From NCBI GenBank assembly GCA_963782915.1, contig CAWALK010000025.1:64001-128000 (forward strand): DNA of 64,000 bases, read 5' to 3'. The notes beneath the pieces were generated by a model, which was given only the letters and a program-made list of their open reading frames with translations, did not search any database and was not told where the DNA came from. Positions 43,361 through 53,714 of this stretch are shown piece after piece; position 1 is the first letter of the stretch, and each line of letters starts with the position of its first letter. The position numbers and the translations under genes are program-made. Source of the DNA: an uncultured archaeon. GTDB lineage: Archaea > Thermoproteota > Bathyarchaeia > Bathyarchaeales > Bathycorpusculaceae.

Positions 43361-44152
43361 TTATAAGTCTTTACACATTTTTCTCTTCTTAACAATAAAA
43401 AAGGCAATCAAAGGGATTACTGCAAACAAAGGCAATATGGATAGTAAAGAGAATTCTGGAACTGAAGGAGATGGGTTTGGAGAGGCAGTGACTGAACCAT
43501 CAGTTAAGTTTAGTGTTTGGGTGTTGCTCCAATCGCTTGTTTGTCCAGTAAATATCCATCCGCCCCCAGGAATTGCGCTAACTTCTCTGTGAACGAACCC
43601 TATCATTGCTTGAACTTGGAAATCAAGTTGAGAATTAGGAGGGAAGGTTCTATACATTCCCTGAGTAGCCATCTTTAGTCCCTCTGTTGATGAGTATTCG
43701 CCTTGGGGCGCAAATACTGTTTCAGGACTCCCTGAATCGCTACCAAAATAACCATCAGAAGCTCCAAAGAGGTTATGCCACTCAGTCTCAAAGTGCCCTT
43801 TCCAACGAATGTCATAACTAAGTCCTGCCGTCCAATTAGAAGTACCTAATTTAACCTCAAAAGGCGTAACCGCTTCATTTTTTATTCGTATTTCGATAGT
43901 TCTCGCTTCGATATGCTCGCTTGGTTGCGTTATTGTCTGTCCCGTATATGGGTCTATAGAGGTAGATGCTGGAATATCATAGGACGAATCTATTAGACTA
44001 ACAGTAAATTGAGGTACAGCAGGTTTAGGTATTTCAGGGTAAGGTGTAGGATAAGGTGTCGTTTGAGCATCAGAGAGTTTCACCATCCACAGGCTAGATG
44101 CTAATAAGATTACGACTAAGCTTAACGAGAGGTACTTACCCAATCTATCCAT
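43361..44152 (-). CDS. Exported protein with PEF-CTERM-like anchor
   Basis: Signal peptide; C-terminal VPEFSLLSILPLFAVIPLIAFFIVKKRK; paralogue of 45809-46696. Confidence 0.8.
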   Translation of the reverse strand: MDRLGKYLSLSLVVILLASSLWMVKLSDAQTTPYPTPYPEIPKPAVPQFTVSLIDSSYDIPASTSIDPYTGQTITQPSEHIEARTIEIRIKNEAVTPFEVKLGTSNWTAGLSYDIRWKGHFETEWHNLFGASDGYFGSDSGSPETVFAPQGEYSSTEGLKMATQGMYRTFPPNSQLDFQVQAMIGFVHREVSAIPGGGWIFTGQTSDWSNTQTLNLTDGSVTASPNPSPSVPEFSLLSILPLFAVIPLIAFFIVKKRKMCKDL

Positions 44153-44201
44153 AATGGGACTTAATGCTTGTTTGGTTATATAATTTACTTATTAGACATA
44201 T

Positions 44202-44250
44202 AGTCCGCTGTGTTCCTAAGATAGGGAAAAGATGATTTAGGGGTCAAATT
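44202..44250 (-). repeat. Dispersed repeat R2, copy 2
   Basis: Minus strand AATTTGACCCCTAAATCATCTTTTCCCTATCTTAGGAACACAGCGGACT, starting right after the stop of 44252-45463. Confidence 0.85.
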
Positions 44251-44251
44251 C

Positions 44252-45463
44252 TTAATGCTGCCGTTTTTTGAATACAAAAAAGGCAACTATAACTGTGGCT
44301 CCAACTAAAACAACTGCAATTGTGATAATAATTGGCACAGGCACCGAAGTTACGGTGTTCGGTGTTGGGGCAGGTAGAGCCGTATCAATTGGTTGGGTAA
44401 CTGGGTGATTATCCCTATTGTTTTGGTCAATAACGTACGCTCCATAGCCGTTGAAATCGCTCCAGTAATTCCCCGCAGCACCATTATCCCAAACAACAAT
44501 GTCTGTGCCGTTTCCAGTATCACCCTCCACAGCATTAGCCGCAAAAACTCCTCCATAGCTAACAAACACTGAAACCGTATTGTTTTCTATATTGTTCCAG
44601 TTGACCTGATTGTTTGCTCCAGCAGACTTTATCCCCGAAGGGTTAAAAATATAGTTGGAAAGGTAGAACCCAAAGTGGTTACCCCCAATACTGTTGCCAG
44701 TTACGTCTGCGTTGTTGGTGCCTTCACCGAATTCTACTCCAAACCCCAAATTGTTACTGATAGTGTTGCCTTTAACGGTGAATGGGCCATTCCACTTTAA
44801 AATTAAGCCCCCAGTAAAATTTTGGTAAATAGCATTGCCGTTGTTAAAAATTTTGTTTTGGCTTATCGTTACGTTTTCGCAGGAATCCACGATTATGCCT
44901 GCATATTTGTTGTTGCTTAAGCTGTTGTTGGAGATGATGCTGTTGTTTGCAGTCATGTATATGCCAAAAACCTGGTTGTTATCAAAGTTGTTTCTTGAAA
45001 TAACCTGGTTAGCTCCGCCGATGTCTAAGCCGTTGTTGATGCCGTTTACGATGTTGTTGTCTGTGATTTTGCAGTTTGAACCGCTCACTTTAATGTTGGT
45101 AACGCTTCCAGAAATTTTAAATCCTGAAATAGTTACGCCATCTGCTAAAGCCTTTATCCCTGCATCGCTGCCCCTGTAAAGGTGCTGAGTGAGAACTGTG
45201 TTTTCTTTATTTTCCCCTACAAGCGATATTGACTTGTTGATTGTTAATCCATCGGGGTAGTCTTCCAGAGTATAATGTCCCGATTTTACGAATATGGTGT
45301 CTCCATCGTTTGCGTTGTCAATGGCATCTTGTATGTTCCTGTATTGGTTAGGTACTGTGATTGTTTTGTTTTGGGCGAATACTGTCGACGGTTGAAAGAG
45401 AAATAGAGCGATAAGAAAAATAACGATTGATAGTATGGCTACGGTTCTGCTGGTTTTTCGCAT
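44252..45463 (-). CDS. NosD/right-handed parallel beta-helix surface protein
   Basis: IQDAIDNANDGDTIFVKSG, Asn-rich PbH repeats, GNYWSD, C-terminal TM. Confidence 0.85.
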   Translation of the reverse strand: MRKTSRTVAILSIVIFLIALFLFQPSTVFAQNKTITVPNQYRNIQDAIDNANDGDTIFVKSGHYTLEDYPDGLTINKSISLVGENKENTVLTQHLYRGSDAGIKALADGVTISGFKISGSVTNIKVSGSNCKITDNNIVNGINNGLDIGGANQVISRNNFDNNQVFGIYMTANNSIISNNSLSNNKYAGIIVDSCENVTISQNKIFNNGNAIYQNFTGGLILKWNGPFTVKGNTISNNLGFGVEFGEGTNNADVTGNSIGGNHFGFYLSNYIFNPSGIKSAGANNQVNWNNIENNTVSVFVSYGGVFAANAVEGDTGNGTDIVVWDNGAAGNYWSDFNGYGAYVIDQNNRDNHPVTQPIDTALPAPTPNTVTSVPVPIIITIAVVLVGATVIVAFFVFKKRQH

Positions 45464-45485
45464 AACCTCTCTTGCTATTTTGGGC

Positions 45486-45529
45486 GTTAAAAGCGTTCTT
45501 GTAAAGAAACGTTGACTAACGCTTGTCGA
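45486..45529 (-). promoter_or_regulatory. Palindrome-BRE-TATA promoter, copy 1
   Basis: TCGACAAGCGTTAGTCAA-N8-TACAAGAACGCTTTTAAC, ending about 22 nt before ATG 45463. Confidence 0.65.
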
Positions 45530-45743
45530 TATTTCTGGACTAAATCTATCAGTTTGCAGTGATAAGGAAATCGATGTCAGGCTCTTGCGGAACGTTCGAC
45601 AAGGGTCAAGCGGAGCGACGTTCCTTCCAACTTTCGTATTGATTGGTTTAGTAGGGCTTTTTTTTGGTAATTGTTTGTGGGGTTTTTTGGTGTAGGGTTG
45701 GTTTGGTGGTTGGGTGGGGGTAGGATGGTTGGGTCAAGGAACG

Positions 45744-45787
45744 TTGACTGGGCTTAGTCAAGAAACCTATACAAGAAGCCTTTAAAG
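45744..45787 (+). promoter_or_regulatory. Palindrome-BRE-TATA promoter, copy 2
   Basis: TTGACTGGGCTTAGTCAA-N8-TACAAGAAGCCTTTAAAG. Confidence 0.65.
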
Positions 45788-45808
45788 GCAAACCCAAGCA
45801 CAGGTTCA

Positions 45809-46696
45809 GTGGTAGCAGACATGAACAGAATAATCATCATAACACTCATAGCGATTCTCGCAGCCCCAAGCTTAACTGTCATCCAATTAGCATCAGCCGC
45901 TTCAACACCATCCGTACCTCAATTTACAGTAAAACAGGTCGATCGTTCATACGATGTTCCAGCAACATATGACATTGACCCCTATACTGGAAAAACAGTT
46001 ATGACACAAGAGGGGTACCATGTCCAGAACAATTCGGTTGAAGTTATTATTAAAAATCAACCCTATACATCCTACCGCAACGAAAATGGCTCCCTTGTTT
46101 GGCTATACTATCGCATCGTCTTTAAAGGGCATTTTGAAAGTTGGGACATCGAAAGATGGGATAGCGGTGCCATAAGCATGAAAATCTATGATTCATACCC
46201 TACTGGCTACTGTGTTCCCAGTTCTCAATCAGGAAATACGGTTGTAGCGTACGGTATAGCTGGTGATAACGCTACCTATCCTTACTTCAACCATACAATA
46301 GATAACATAACAGTTGGCGGTCAAATTGACTTTAAAATGCAAGCAATAATCGGCTACTCCACACGTATCAATGAAACAGATTTTTGGGGCGTTCCATTTG
46401 GTGAACCTGGTGAAACTCCACATTACTACATCTTCAGCGGACAAATCAGCGACTGGAGTGACACCAAAACAGTAACTATTGGCAGCCCCGAAGTCACAAC
46501 AACAGAACCACAATCGTCAACGCCGACTCCAATGATAGCAACCTCGCCTACACAGTCCCCGCAAGGTTCACAGCCCCCTCAGACAAGTTTTCTAAGCTTT
46601 GATTGGGAGAAAGTAGCGATTGTTGGGTTGGTGGTGGCGGTCGCTGTTTTGGGAGTCGCTGTGGCGGTGCTTTGGCGCAGGAAGGCTCTAAAGTAG
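45809..46696 (+). CDS. Exported membrane-anchored protein
   Basis: PSVPQFTVKQVDRSYDVP..IDPYTG, FKGHF, SGQISDWSDTKT shared with 43361-44152; C-terminal TM. Confidence 0.8.
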   Translation: MVADMNRIIIITLIAILAAPSLTVIQLASAASTPSVPQFTVKQVDRSYDVPATYDIDPYTGKTVMTQEGYHVQNNSVEVIIKNQPYTSYRNENGSLVWLYYRIVFKGHFESWDIERWDSGAISMKIYDSYPTGYCVPSSQSGNTVVAYGIAGDNATYPYFNHTIDNITVGGQIDFKMQAIIGYSTRINETDFWGVPFGEPGETPHYYIFSGQISDWSDTKTVTIGSPEVTTTEPQSSTPTPMIATSPTQSPQGSQPPQTSFLSFDWEKVAIVGLVVAVAVLGVAVAVLWRRKALK

Positions 46697-46704
46697 TTTT
46701 TGCC

Positions 46705-46950
46705 TTTTTATAGGGGGAGGGGGGTCTGTGCAGAGCAGCTAACGCGGCTTCTATGTTGCTATTTATAGAGGGGGGTCTAGTCGCAAGAGCAAGCGCTTGA
46801 GGCTGTTCTCCTGTTTGATTATGCTTTTTCTTTACTGCTTTTTATGGCACAAAATTGCTTATAGGCAGCGGCTGGGTTGGGTGCACTGGGCGGTTAAGTC
46901 CGAATGGGCCATGCCGGTTACCCGACATACATTGCCCTGTCCATTGCTGT
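46705..46950 (+). repeat. Partial copies of repeat Q followed by block P copy 2 (46850-46950)
   Basis: TTTTTATAGGGGGAGGGGGGTCTGTGCAGAGCAGC resembles the distal half of Q; CAAAATTGCTTATAGGCAGCGGCTGGG matches 12826. Confidence 0.65.
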
Positions 46951-47148
46951 CTTGAGAATTCAAAAGAAGACTCAACATACTTCCACAACCACAAACAACC
47001 AAACCAACATAGTTGTGACAAAAAAACCTCGATCCCCACAACCCAACAGGCTCAAAAAAACAAGCTGAATACAAAACAGAGCCGCCTCCTCAAACAGACC
47101 TCTGGAAAATTTAAAACCGCCACAACCACACAAAGAAAAAAAAGCTCT

Positions 47149-47946
47149 TTAGGTTCCGAAGCGGCGTTTACGGCGCTGAAAAACCCTGATGGCTCTTAGT
47201 AAGTCGATGCGGCGGAAATCTGGCCAGTAAACATCCAAGAAGAACAGTTCACTGTACGCGGCTTGCCAAATGAGAAATCCGCTGAGCCTCTCCTCGCCTG
47301 AAGTGCGTATGATCATGTCGGGGTCTTGTTTAATCATGTGCGAAGTGTAGAGGTATTTTTCGAATGTGCCTTCAGTGATGTCGTCGATTTGCAGTTGGTT
47401 ATCCTGCACTTTTTTAGCAATTCTTTTGGTTGCATCCACGATTTCTGCTCTGCCGCCGTAGGCAAAAGCGAAATTCCAAAAGTAACAATCATAATCCACC
47501 GTGGCTTGTTCAAGCTCGGTGATTATCGCTTGCAAACTGTCGGGCAACATGTTAATTCTGCCAAGAACCTTCACATGAACCTTATCTCGATGAACCCTCT
47601 CATCAGTCAAAAGTTTACGGAATCTTTCCTCAGCAATCCGCATAATCTGATTAACTTCATCAGAATGCCGACCGAAATTTTCCGTAGAAAACGTGTAGAG
47701 CGTAACGTTTCTCACGCCGATTGAGTGGCACCAATCCAGAAGCTGCTCCACCGTATCTGCCCCTTCTCCGTGACCCCACTTATCTTTACGCAGCAACGGA
47801 TGAATTTCCTGCTCATTTGCCCACCGACGGTTTCCATCCAAAATAATCGCAATGTGCTCAGGCTGAACGCCGTTTTTAACTTGCTGCCACAGCCACTTTT
47901 CATAGATCCTATAAATTCCAAGGACAGATAGAACTCTTTTAAGCAC
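47149..47946 (-). CDS. uppS: cis-Polyprenyl diphosphate synthase
   Basis: HIAIILDGNRRWA, FSTENF, YGGRAEI, IRTSGEERLSGFL. Confidence 0.95.
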   Translation of the reverse strand: MLKRVLSVLGIYRIYEKWLWQQVKNGVQPEHIAIILDGNRRWANEQEIHPLLRKDKWGHGEGADTVEQLLDWCHSIGVRNVTLYTFSTENFGRHSDEVNQIMRIAEERFRKLLTDERVHRDKVHVKVLGRINMLPDSLQAIITELEQATVDYDCYFWNFAFAYGGRAEIVDATKRIAKKVQDNQLQIDDITEGTFEKYLYTSHMIKQDPDMIIRTSGEERLSGFLIWQAAYSELFFLDVYWPDFRRIDLLRAIRVFQRRKRRFGT

Positions 47947-48058
47947 TCATAGATCCTCTTGTAGTCAATTATTGGGCGTAATCTTAACGGTCTACAGGTT
48001 AATCCCCGACTGTTTCAATTAAACATTACTCAAATCAGCCAAAACAAAGCCCTGAAAT

Positions 48059-49285
48059 TTAGAGCTCTTCAGGTTTTTCTTCTTTCTTAAAGAAGCCTTT
48101 CGCTGACCTATTCACGATGTATATTAGCAGCACTGAGGCGACACCGATAAGGATACCCACAATTATCGTGAAGAGGAATCCCGCGAAAATTTCGTTGCCA
48201 ATATTAACTTGAGTTGAATCTCCACGCGCATATGAGAGTATAAGTCCTCCGGTACTGTAGAGGATTCTGTTAAACCATGCAACCGTAACAATCAACGCTA
48301 CGTTTCTTAGCAGTTTTGAATCACGTTCAAGATATAATCGTATGCTGCGTCCTAAGAGAACGATGCATATGCCCACTATCATTAGGTCTGCTACGCCTAA
48401 CACGAAGTAAGCCGCTATTATTGGGATCGCACCCAACCAGGCAGTTAACTCTGTTGGAAATGGCTGTGCACTGATGTTAACGTTTGTGATTCCTAAGTAA
48501 ACGCTAACAGCAATACATAGAATGCCCGCGATAACGGTGTAATTTGAAATTTGAATCGGCAACGCCGGGGGCTCATAGGTTCTAGCCCAATTATAAAAGT
48601 CCTTAGTGGCCCTATCAACGCCAAAGCCTTTAAGCAGCAAGAAACCGCCTACAACGATGACTATGGCTATGCCGTACATGTAGATGGCACCTGGAATAAA
48701 ATAGTTAATCCCCCAAAGAATACCAAAAATCAGTACAAGTATTCCCGGTAAACCCAGTGCTATACGTGAATATCGGGGGTTATCAACGAGTAATCGGACA
48801 TATTTTGTGAAGACTGCCGCTGTTTCTTCGATGGATTCACTGTGCTTTATAACTATGCGTCGAACGGAAGAAACTGGCACTCTGGATTGCACCAGCGGCA
48901 GAACTGCTTCGTCGGAGAAACCATCTGAAACCAGTATAACCTCGTTAGCGTTGAAGGATTCCTGTAGACTGTTGAGTTCCCCGACTAATTTGCGGTCAGC
49001 GTTAACGCTGCCTAAGTCGGTTCCGGAGATGGTTGCAACTTCGAAGACTTCGTCGGGTTGCCTCTCACTGTATAATCGGTCATATAACCTGACGGCTTCA
49101 AACATTGCGTTGGCATCGGGTTCCTCAGGATCCTTAAGGGCAAGCGCAACTGCACCGTCAAGATTGGCGGGTCTGCCCAAAAGCGGGGTTTTAATACCTG
49201 CTTTAGTTTCAAGATCGCCATCTCTATCGACACATAAAATGAGGATACGCTTTTGCGTCTGCTGATGCGTTTCCCGCTTAGCCAT
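48059..49285 (-). CDS. DUF373 family membrane protein
   Basis: LILCVDRDGDL, DPEEPDANA, SDGFSDE motifs; usual neighbour of uppS in archaea. Confidence 0.85.
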   Translation of the reverse strand: MAKRETHQQTQKRILILCVDRDGDLETKAGIKTPLLGRPANLDGAVALALKDPEEPDANAMFEAVRLYDRLYSERQPDEVFEVATISGTDLGSVNADRKLVGELNSLQESFNANEVILVSDGFSDEAVLPLVQSRVPVSSVRRIVIKHSESIEETAAVFTKYVRLLVDNPRYSRIALGLPGILVLIFGILWGINYFIPGAIYMYGIAIVIVVGGFLLLKGFGVDRATKDFYNWARTYEPPALPIQISNYTVIAGILCIAVSVYLGITNVNISAQPFPTELTAWLGAIPIIAAYFVLGVADLMIVGICIVLLGRSIRLYLERDSKLLRNVALIVTVAWFNRILYSTGGLILSYARGDSTQVNIGNEIFAGFLFTIIVGILIGVASVLLIYIVNRSAKGFFKKEEKPEEL

Positions 49286-49321
49286 CGAAATCTCTATCTC
49301 TTTTAATACAGGTACTTAACT

Positions 49322-50269
49322 TTAAGCTTGCGTTTCAGCCTCGTCATCTTCGTCATCGCCGGCCATCATTGCAAAGTCTTCCCAGTTGACTTTTTCGCCG
49401 CGGCTTAATTTTTCTCGGGCTTCGCCGCCGATTTTTTCTTTGATTTCTTTCTCTTTAAGCGCGCGTTCGGCTTGTTCCTGTTTGCGTCGTTCTTCTTGGT
49501 CTTTGCGTCTGACATCTTCATCTTTTCTTCTAGTCTGGTATTGTTCACGCATTGTAGTTCTAAGGCCAGTGCCTTGGCTGATTAATAGGCGAATCTGTTC
49601 ATAGACAAGGTTGTTTTGGTCCTTGGCTTTGAGGAATGATTGATGTAGACTGTCTGCTTCTTCGCGATCTCTTTTCATGGCGTTGACTTTTTCCATTAAG
49701 ACAGCATGCAAGTCTTGGCTTTTCTTAGCTAACTCTGTTAATTCTTTATGGTAAACATCTGCTTGAGCATCAAAGGTTTTGCGGTGTTCAAGGAGTTCCT
49801 TGATTTTCTTGTGTTGGTTATCAATTTTTTTGTAGCCGCTGAGTTGAATTTCAAGTTCTTTGACTTGCTCGATGAGTCTTTTCTCTTCTTGTATGTCCAC
49901 CGTAGTTGTGGCGATTTTGAATTCGAGTTCCTCAAGATCCTTCTTTGTTTCTCTATAGTTAATGTTAGGGAGATTCTTTTTGAGGGTGTCGATTTTTTCG
50001 TTTAAAGCGTTAACTTCCGCCATTATGGGTGCTACGTTAACCCTGACGGCGTCGCGTTGCTGTTTTAGCTGCTTAACCTTCTCGTTTAAGGCGTCCCGCT
50101 CAGCTTTCATTGCATTTACTTCTTCACGGGTCTTGCGGACCTTCTCGTGAAGCATGTCCCGTTTTTCGATGAACTTTTTAATTTGAGCGTTTGTATCCTG
50201 AGTTTGCTCTTTTAGTCTATCGATCTGGACGTTGATGTTTGATATTTGGCTCGGGTTTTTCTCGGTCAA
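49322..50269 (-). CDS. Archaeal coiled-coil protein (COG1340-like)
   Basis: Long heptad pattern; C-terminal AREKLSRGEKVNWEDF. Confidence 0.75.
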   Translation of the reverse strand: MTEKNPSQISNINVQIDRLKEQTQDTNAQIKKFIEKRDMLHEKVRKTREEVNAMKAERDALNEKVKQLKQQRDAVRVNVAPIMAEVNALNEKIDTLKKNLPNINYRETKKDLEELEFKIATTTVDIQEEKRLIEQVKELEIQLSGYKKIDNQHKKIKELLEHRKTFDAQADVYHKELTELAKKSQDLHAVLMEKVNAMKRDREEADSLHQSFLKAKDQNNLVYEQIRLLISQGTGLRTTMREQYQTRRKDEDVRRKDQEERRKQEQAERALKEKEIKEKIGGEAREKLSRGEKVNWEDFAMMAGDDEDDEAETQA

Positions 50270-50436
50270 ACGTTAGCCTTCTGAAGTGAGTAGTAGTTAC
50301 CTACGATGTACCTTTCCAATTTATAATTGTTACTTAAAATCAACCATTAAAACCCATCGGAAAGCCCGTTTCTAGCATTATTTCTATTATAATTCTTAAA
50401 TATGTGCTTGGACCATCTTTGGTGTGAAGTGTAAAC

Positions 50437-50847
50437 ATGACCTTCAATTACGATGATCTGCTTAAACGTGCGTCAGAACAAATGCCAGAAGTTCAAGCTA
50501 AAAAGGAACGCTTAGAACTACCCAGAATCCAGATTCAAACAGTTGGCATGCGCACAACAATCGCAAACTTCAAAGAAATCGCTGACGCCCTCGACCGTGA
50601 CCCCCAGCACGTCATAAAATTCTTAACTCGCGAAATGGCAACCGCCGCCACATTCCATGATTCACGCGCTATCTTCCAAGGAAAATTCCGATCAGACAGC
50701 TTCGAGCGACTAATAACGAGATACCTTGACGCCTATGTTGTATGTCCAGTATGCAAAAGGCCCGATACAAAAATCGTTAAAGAAAAACGCTTAGCCTTCC
50801 TAGTTTGCAATGCATGCGGTGCAAAATCATCGATTAAACAATTATAG
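50437..50847 (+). CDS. eif2b: Translation initiation factor aIF-2 beta subunit
   Basis: NFKEIADALDRDPQH, YVVCPVCKRPDT, CNACGA. Confidence 0.95.
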   Translation: MTFNYDDLLKRASEQMPEVQAKKERLELPRIQIQTVGMRTTIANFKEIADALDRDPQHVIKFLTREMATAATFHDSRAIFQGKFRSDSFERLITRYLDAYVVCPVCKRPDTKIVKEKRLAFLVCNACGAKSSIKQL

Positions 50848-50848
50848 G

Positions 50849-51157
50849 ATGAAACCGAGTTTGGATGTTTACCTAAACGTTAAAAAAGTTGGACAAAACG
50901 TGGTCTTAGCAGTCTGTGACTGTGACCTCTTAGGTAAAACGCTTAGGGAAGGAAAAATCGTTTTCCACATCAAAAACGAATTCTACAACGGTAGAAAAGC
51001 CTCCCTTGACGAAGCAGTGGGCTTAATCGGGCACTCTACAATCGTGAATTTGGTGGGCAAGAACTGCGTGGAGGAAGCTATCTCACAGGGTTATGTTCAT
51101 CCTGAAGCGGTTATAAGGATTGAAGGCGTTCCCCACGCCCAAATCATGAAGTTCTAA
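50849..51157 (+). CDS. DUF424 family protein
   Basis: LAVCDCDLLGK, FYNG, NLVG, IEGVPHAQ. Confidence 0.85.
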   Translation: MKPSLDVYLNVKKVGQNVVLAVCDCDLLGKTLREGKIVFHIKNEFYNGRKASLDEAVGLIGHSTIVNLVGKNCVEEAISQGYVHPEAVIRIEGVPHAQIMKF

Positions 51158-51906
51158 ACTGCTTCTGCTTCTTGAACAATTAAGGGCTTAATAACGCCTG
51201 TTTCAACGGACTTTTTTGTTTCAATTATGCCCCCTTTTAGGAGTATATCTTTAGCTTTGGGGCCTTCGTTGAAGAGCAAATCAATAATTGACATGTTAGG
51301 TTCAAAGCCGCTGAAACATTGATTGTACGTTGGGTGTTCATAACTGTGCCATTGCACGTTAATGTTGGCTTCGGTGAATTGGTTCTCTTTGACATAGTTT
51401 TTGCCTCCTGAACCAGAGAGGTAGGAGTCTGCACCGAGGAATTTGCACATGGAAACTAATTTCTCGTTTTTCTCTGTACCCGCATAGGGGAACTCGGAGG
51501 AGCGCATCATCTGAACTTTTATATCTAAGAATTCAGCGATTGCTTTAATGAAATGCAGGTTTAACCCGATTAATAGTTCATGGTTAGAGTTTATTGCATC
51601 TTTTATGAGCGGATAGTATTCTTTGAAGTAGGGGGTTTTTTGGTAGTGGAACTGGATGCTGTTTAGTTGTTTGTTTTTCCACTGCTCACCCGCGATTTTT
51701 ACGTCTTTGATTGTTTGGGGGTGACCATGGGTGATGGGGATAGTGAGCCATTCCCAGCCTCTGGCGGTTCGGATGCGGTTTCTGTTATGGAATCCGCCAT
51801 GCTGGTATTGGGCATCATCGTAGATGACATATGTATCGCATCTGGCTAGCTTGTCGAAGAAGCCCAGCCATGGTATGTATTCGGGTTGGTGGACAAAAAC
51901 TATCAT
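51154..51906 (-). CDS. WbqC-like protein
   Basis: HQPEYIPWLGFFDK, NRNRI, WLTIP, YLSGSGGKNY, SIIDLLFNEG. Confidence 0.9.
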   Translation of the reverse strand: MIVFVHQPEYIPWLGFFDKLARCDTYVIYDDAQYQHGGFHNRNRIRTARGWEWLTIPITHGHPQTIKDVKIAGEQWKNKQLNSIQFHYQKTPYFKEYYPLIKDAINSNHELLIGLNLHFIKAIAEFLDIKVQMMRSSEFPYAGTEKNEKLVSMCKFLGADSYLSGSGGKNYVKENQFTEANINVQWHSYEHPTYNQCFSGFEPNMSIIDLLFNEGPKAKDILLKGGIIETKKSVETGVIKPLIVQEAEAV

Positions 51907-52138
51907 TGCTACTCCTCAAATGGGGAAGCTGCAATGTCTTTTACAAGGGAAACTGCCTCAGAGCAATATTGTTGGCATGCAAGGGATTTGATAGGGATAG
52001 CTCAAAAGGTGTTTGTTTATGCGACATTTTTGATTGCTTTTGAAATTGTCTTCAAAAACAAAACAGCCTCTGCTATAATTGATCAAAATCGTTTTTATAA
52101 GGACTAGTTGTACCCATCTGATATCACAATGGTCACTG

Positions 52139-53287
52139 CTACTGTAGGCTAGCGGCGGCTTCTGCTAGCAGTTTACGTACTGGCAGATGTTGGGGGCAAA
52201 TGTTTTCGCATTGGCCGCAGTGGATGCAGTTGTTTGCTCTGCGCTCAAAGGGTACGGCTTGTGCGTATTGCTGTTTTATTCGTTCTTGTTCTGATGGTTC
52301 TCGGCGTTTGGTTGCGTACTCGTTTAGGAAGGCCAGTGTTACTGGTATGTCGATGCTTTGTGGGCATTTGCTGCAGTAGTGGCATTTGCTGCATCCGATG
52401 TAGCCGCATTTCTGGAAGAGTTCCCGCGATTTCGATAAGGCGTCGATTTCTATTTGGGTGAGTGTGTTTGGTCCCGAATTGTTTGCGCTCTTAAGGTTCT
52501 GCTCGACTTGTGCCATCGAGTTCATGCCGCTCAAAGCCAATGCGACTTCAGGCTGGTTCCAGACCCATTGCAACCCCCAATCGGCAGGCGCCCGTTTTAT
52601 GCCTGTTTTGTCCCATTCCTGCTGAATTTCCTCCGGAGGCTTAACTGCCAATAATCCGCCTGCAAGAGGCTCCATAACTATGACGGCTAAACCTTTTTGA
52701 GCTGCATACTTCAAGCCGGCTACTCCCGCTTGATAGTGCTCGTCAAGATAGTTGTATTGGATTTGGCAAAACGTCCAATCCTTGTAGCCATCCAGTATCT
52801 CTTTGAATACGTCGTATTCGTCGTGGAAGCTAAAGCCCAAATAGCCAATTTTGCCTTCAGCTATTTGATGTTCGGCCCAATCGATGATGTCGAGTTCTTT
52901 TACTTTGTCCCATGTAGGCTTCATCAACGCGTGTAGCAGGTAGAAGTCAATGCAGTCGGTTTTTAGCCGCTTGAGTTGAGTTTCAAAAATTCCGTCAAGG
53001 TCTTCCTTGTTTTGAACGGAGAAAACCGGCATTTTAGTGGCGATTTTAACTTTGCTGCGGTACCCGTCTTCTAAGGCTTTGCCGAGAACTACTTCGCTGT
53101 TGCCTTCATGGTAAACGTAGGCTGAATCGACATAGTTTACGCCTGCGTCGATGGCGTAGCGTATGAGTTTGATGGCTTCAGGTTCGTTTATGGCTGATTG
53201 GTCTGTGCCATTGATTGGGAGGCGCATGGTTCCGAAGCCTAATGCGGAGGCTTTCCAGTCGAGTTTGCCGAAGGGACGATATTGCAA
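52139..53287 (-). CDS. Aldo/keto reductase with C-terminal Fe-S motifs
   Basis: LGFGTMRLP, DSAYVY, DFYLLH, QIQYNYLD, CIHCGQCENICPQ. Confidence 0.92.
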   Translation of the reverse strand: MQYRPFGKLDWKASALGFGTMRLPINGTDQSAINEPEAIKLIRYAIDAGVNYVDSAYVYHEGNSEVVLGKALEDGYRSKVKIATKMPVFSVQNKEDLDGIFETQLKRLKTDCIDFYLLHALMKPTWDKVKELDIIDWAEHQIAEGKIGYLGFSFHDEYDVFKEILDGYKDWTFCQIQYNYLDEHYQAGVAGLKYAAQKGLAVIVMEPLAGGLLAVKPPEEIQQEWDKTGIKRAPADWGLQWVWNQPEVALALSGMNSMAQVEQNLKSANNSGPNTLTQIEIDALSKSRELFQKCGYIGCSKCHYCSKCPQSIDIPVTLAFLNEYATKRREPSEQERIKQQYAQAVPFERRANNCIHCGQCENICPQHLPVRKLLAEAAASLQ

Positions 53288-53714
53288 TAAAACACCATTT
53301 GAACTACGGGTTATATGTGATTAATAGGTTTGGTGTTGTCAAGTGGCAACTATGAAATGCGTTTTTGTTGCTTTTATTTTCGGTCTTTAATGTAATTTAT
53401 CCATTGTTTATGTCTTTGTGCGGTTATTTTTACCTGTTTTCATAACTTTTATGAACAAATCTTAACTACCTTTAAATTTGCTGCATAACCATTCAAACCA
53501 AAGCTCAGTCAGAATAAAAGGCGAAACAACAATGGCCCAAAAAGTAATTCAAACAGGAAAATATTCGAGATTCAAATCAGCGCCCGGAACCAAACATACC
53601 CATAGGTTTCGCAATCGGAAAAAATAAAATACTTCAATTACCTAAGAAGGCTATTGAGTTGTCCACCTAATCAACCATTTTCATTATCATTGAGCATCAC
53701 TTGAGGTTTAAATC

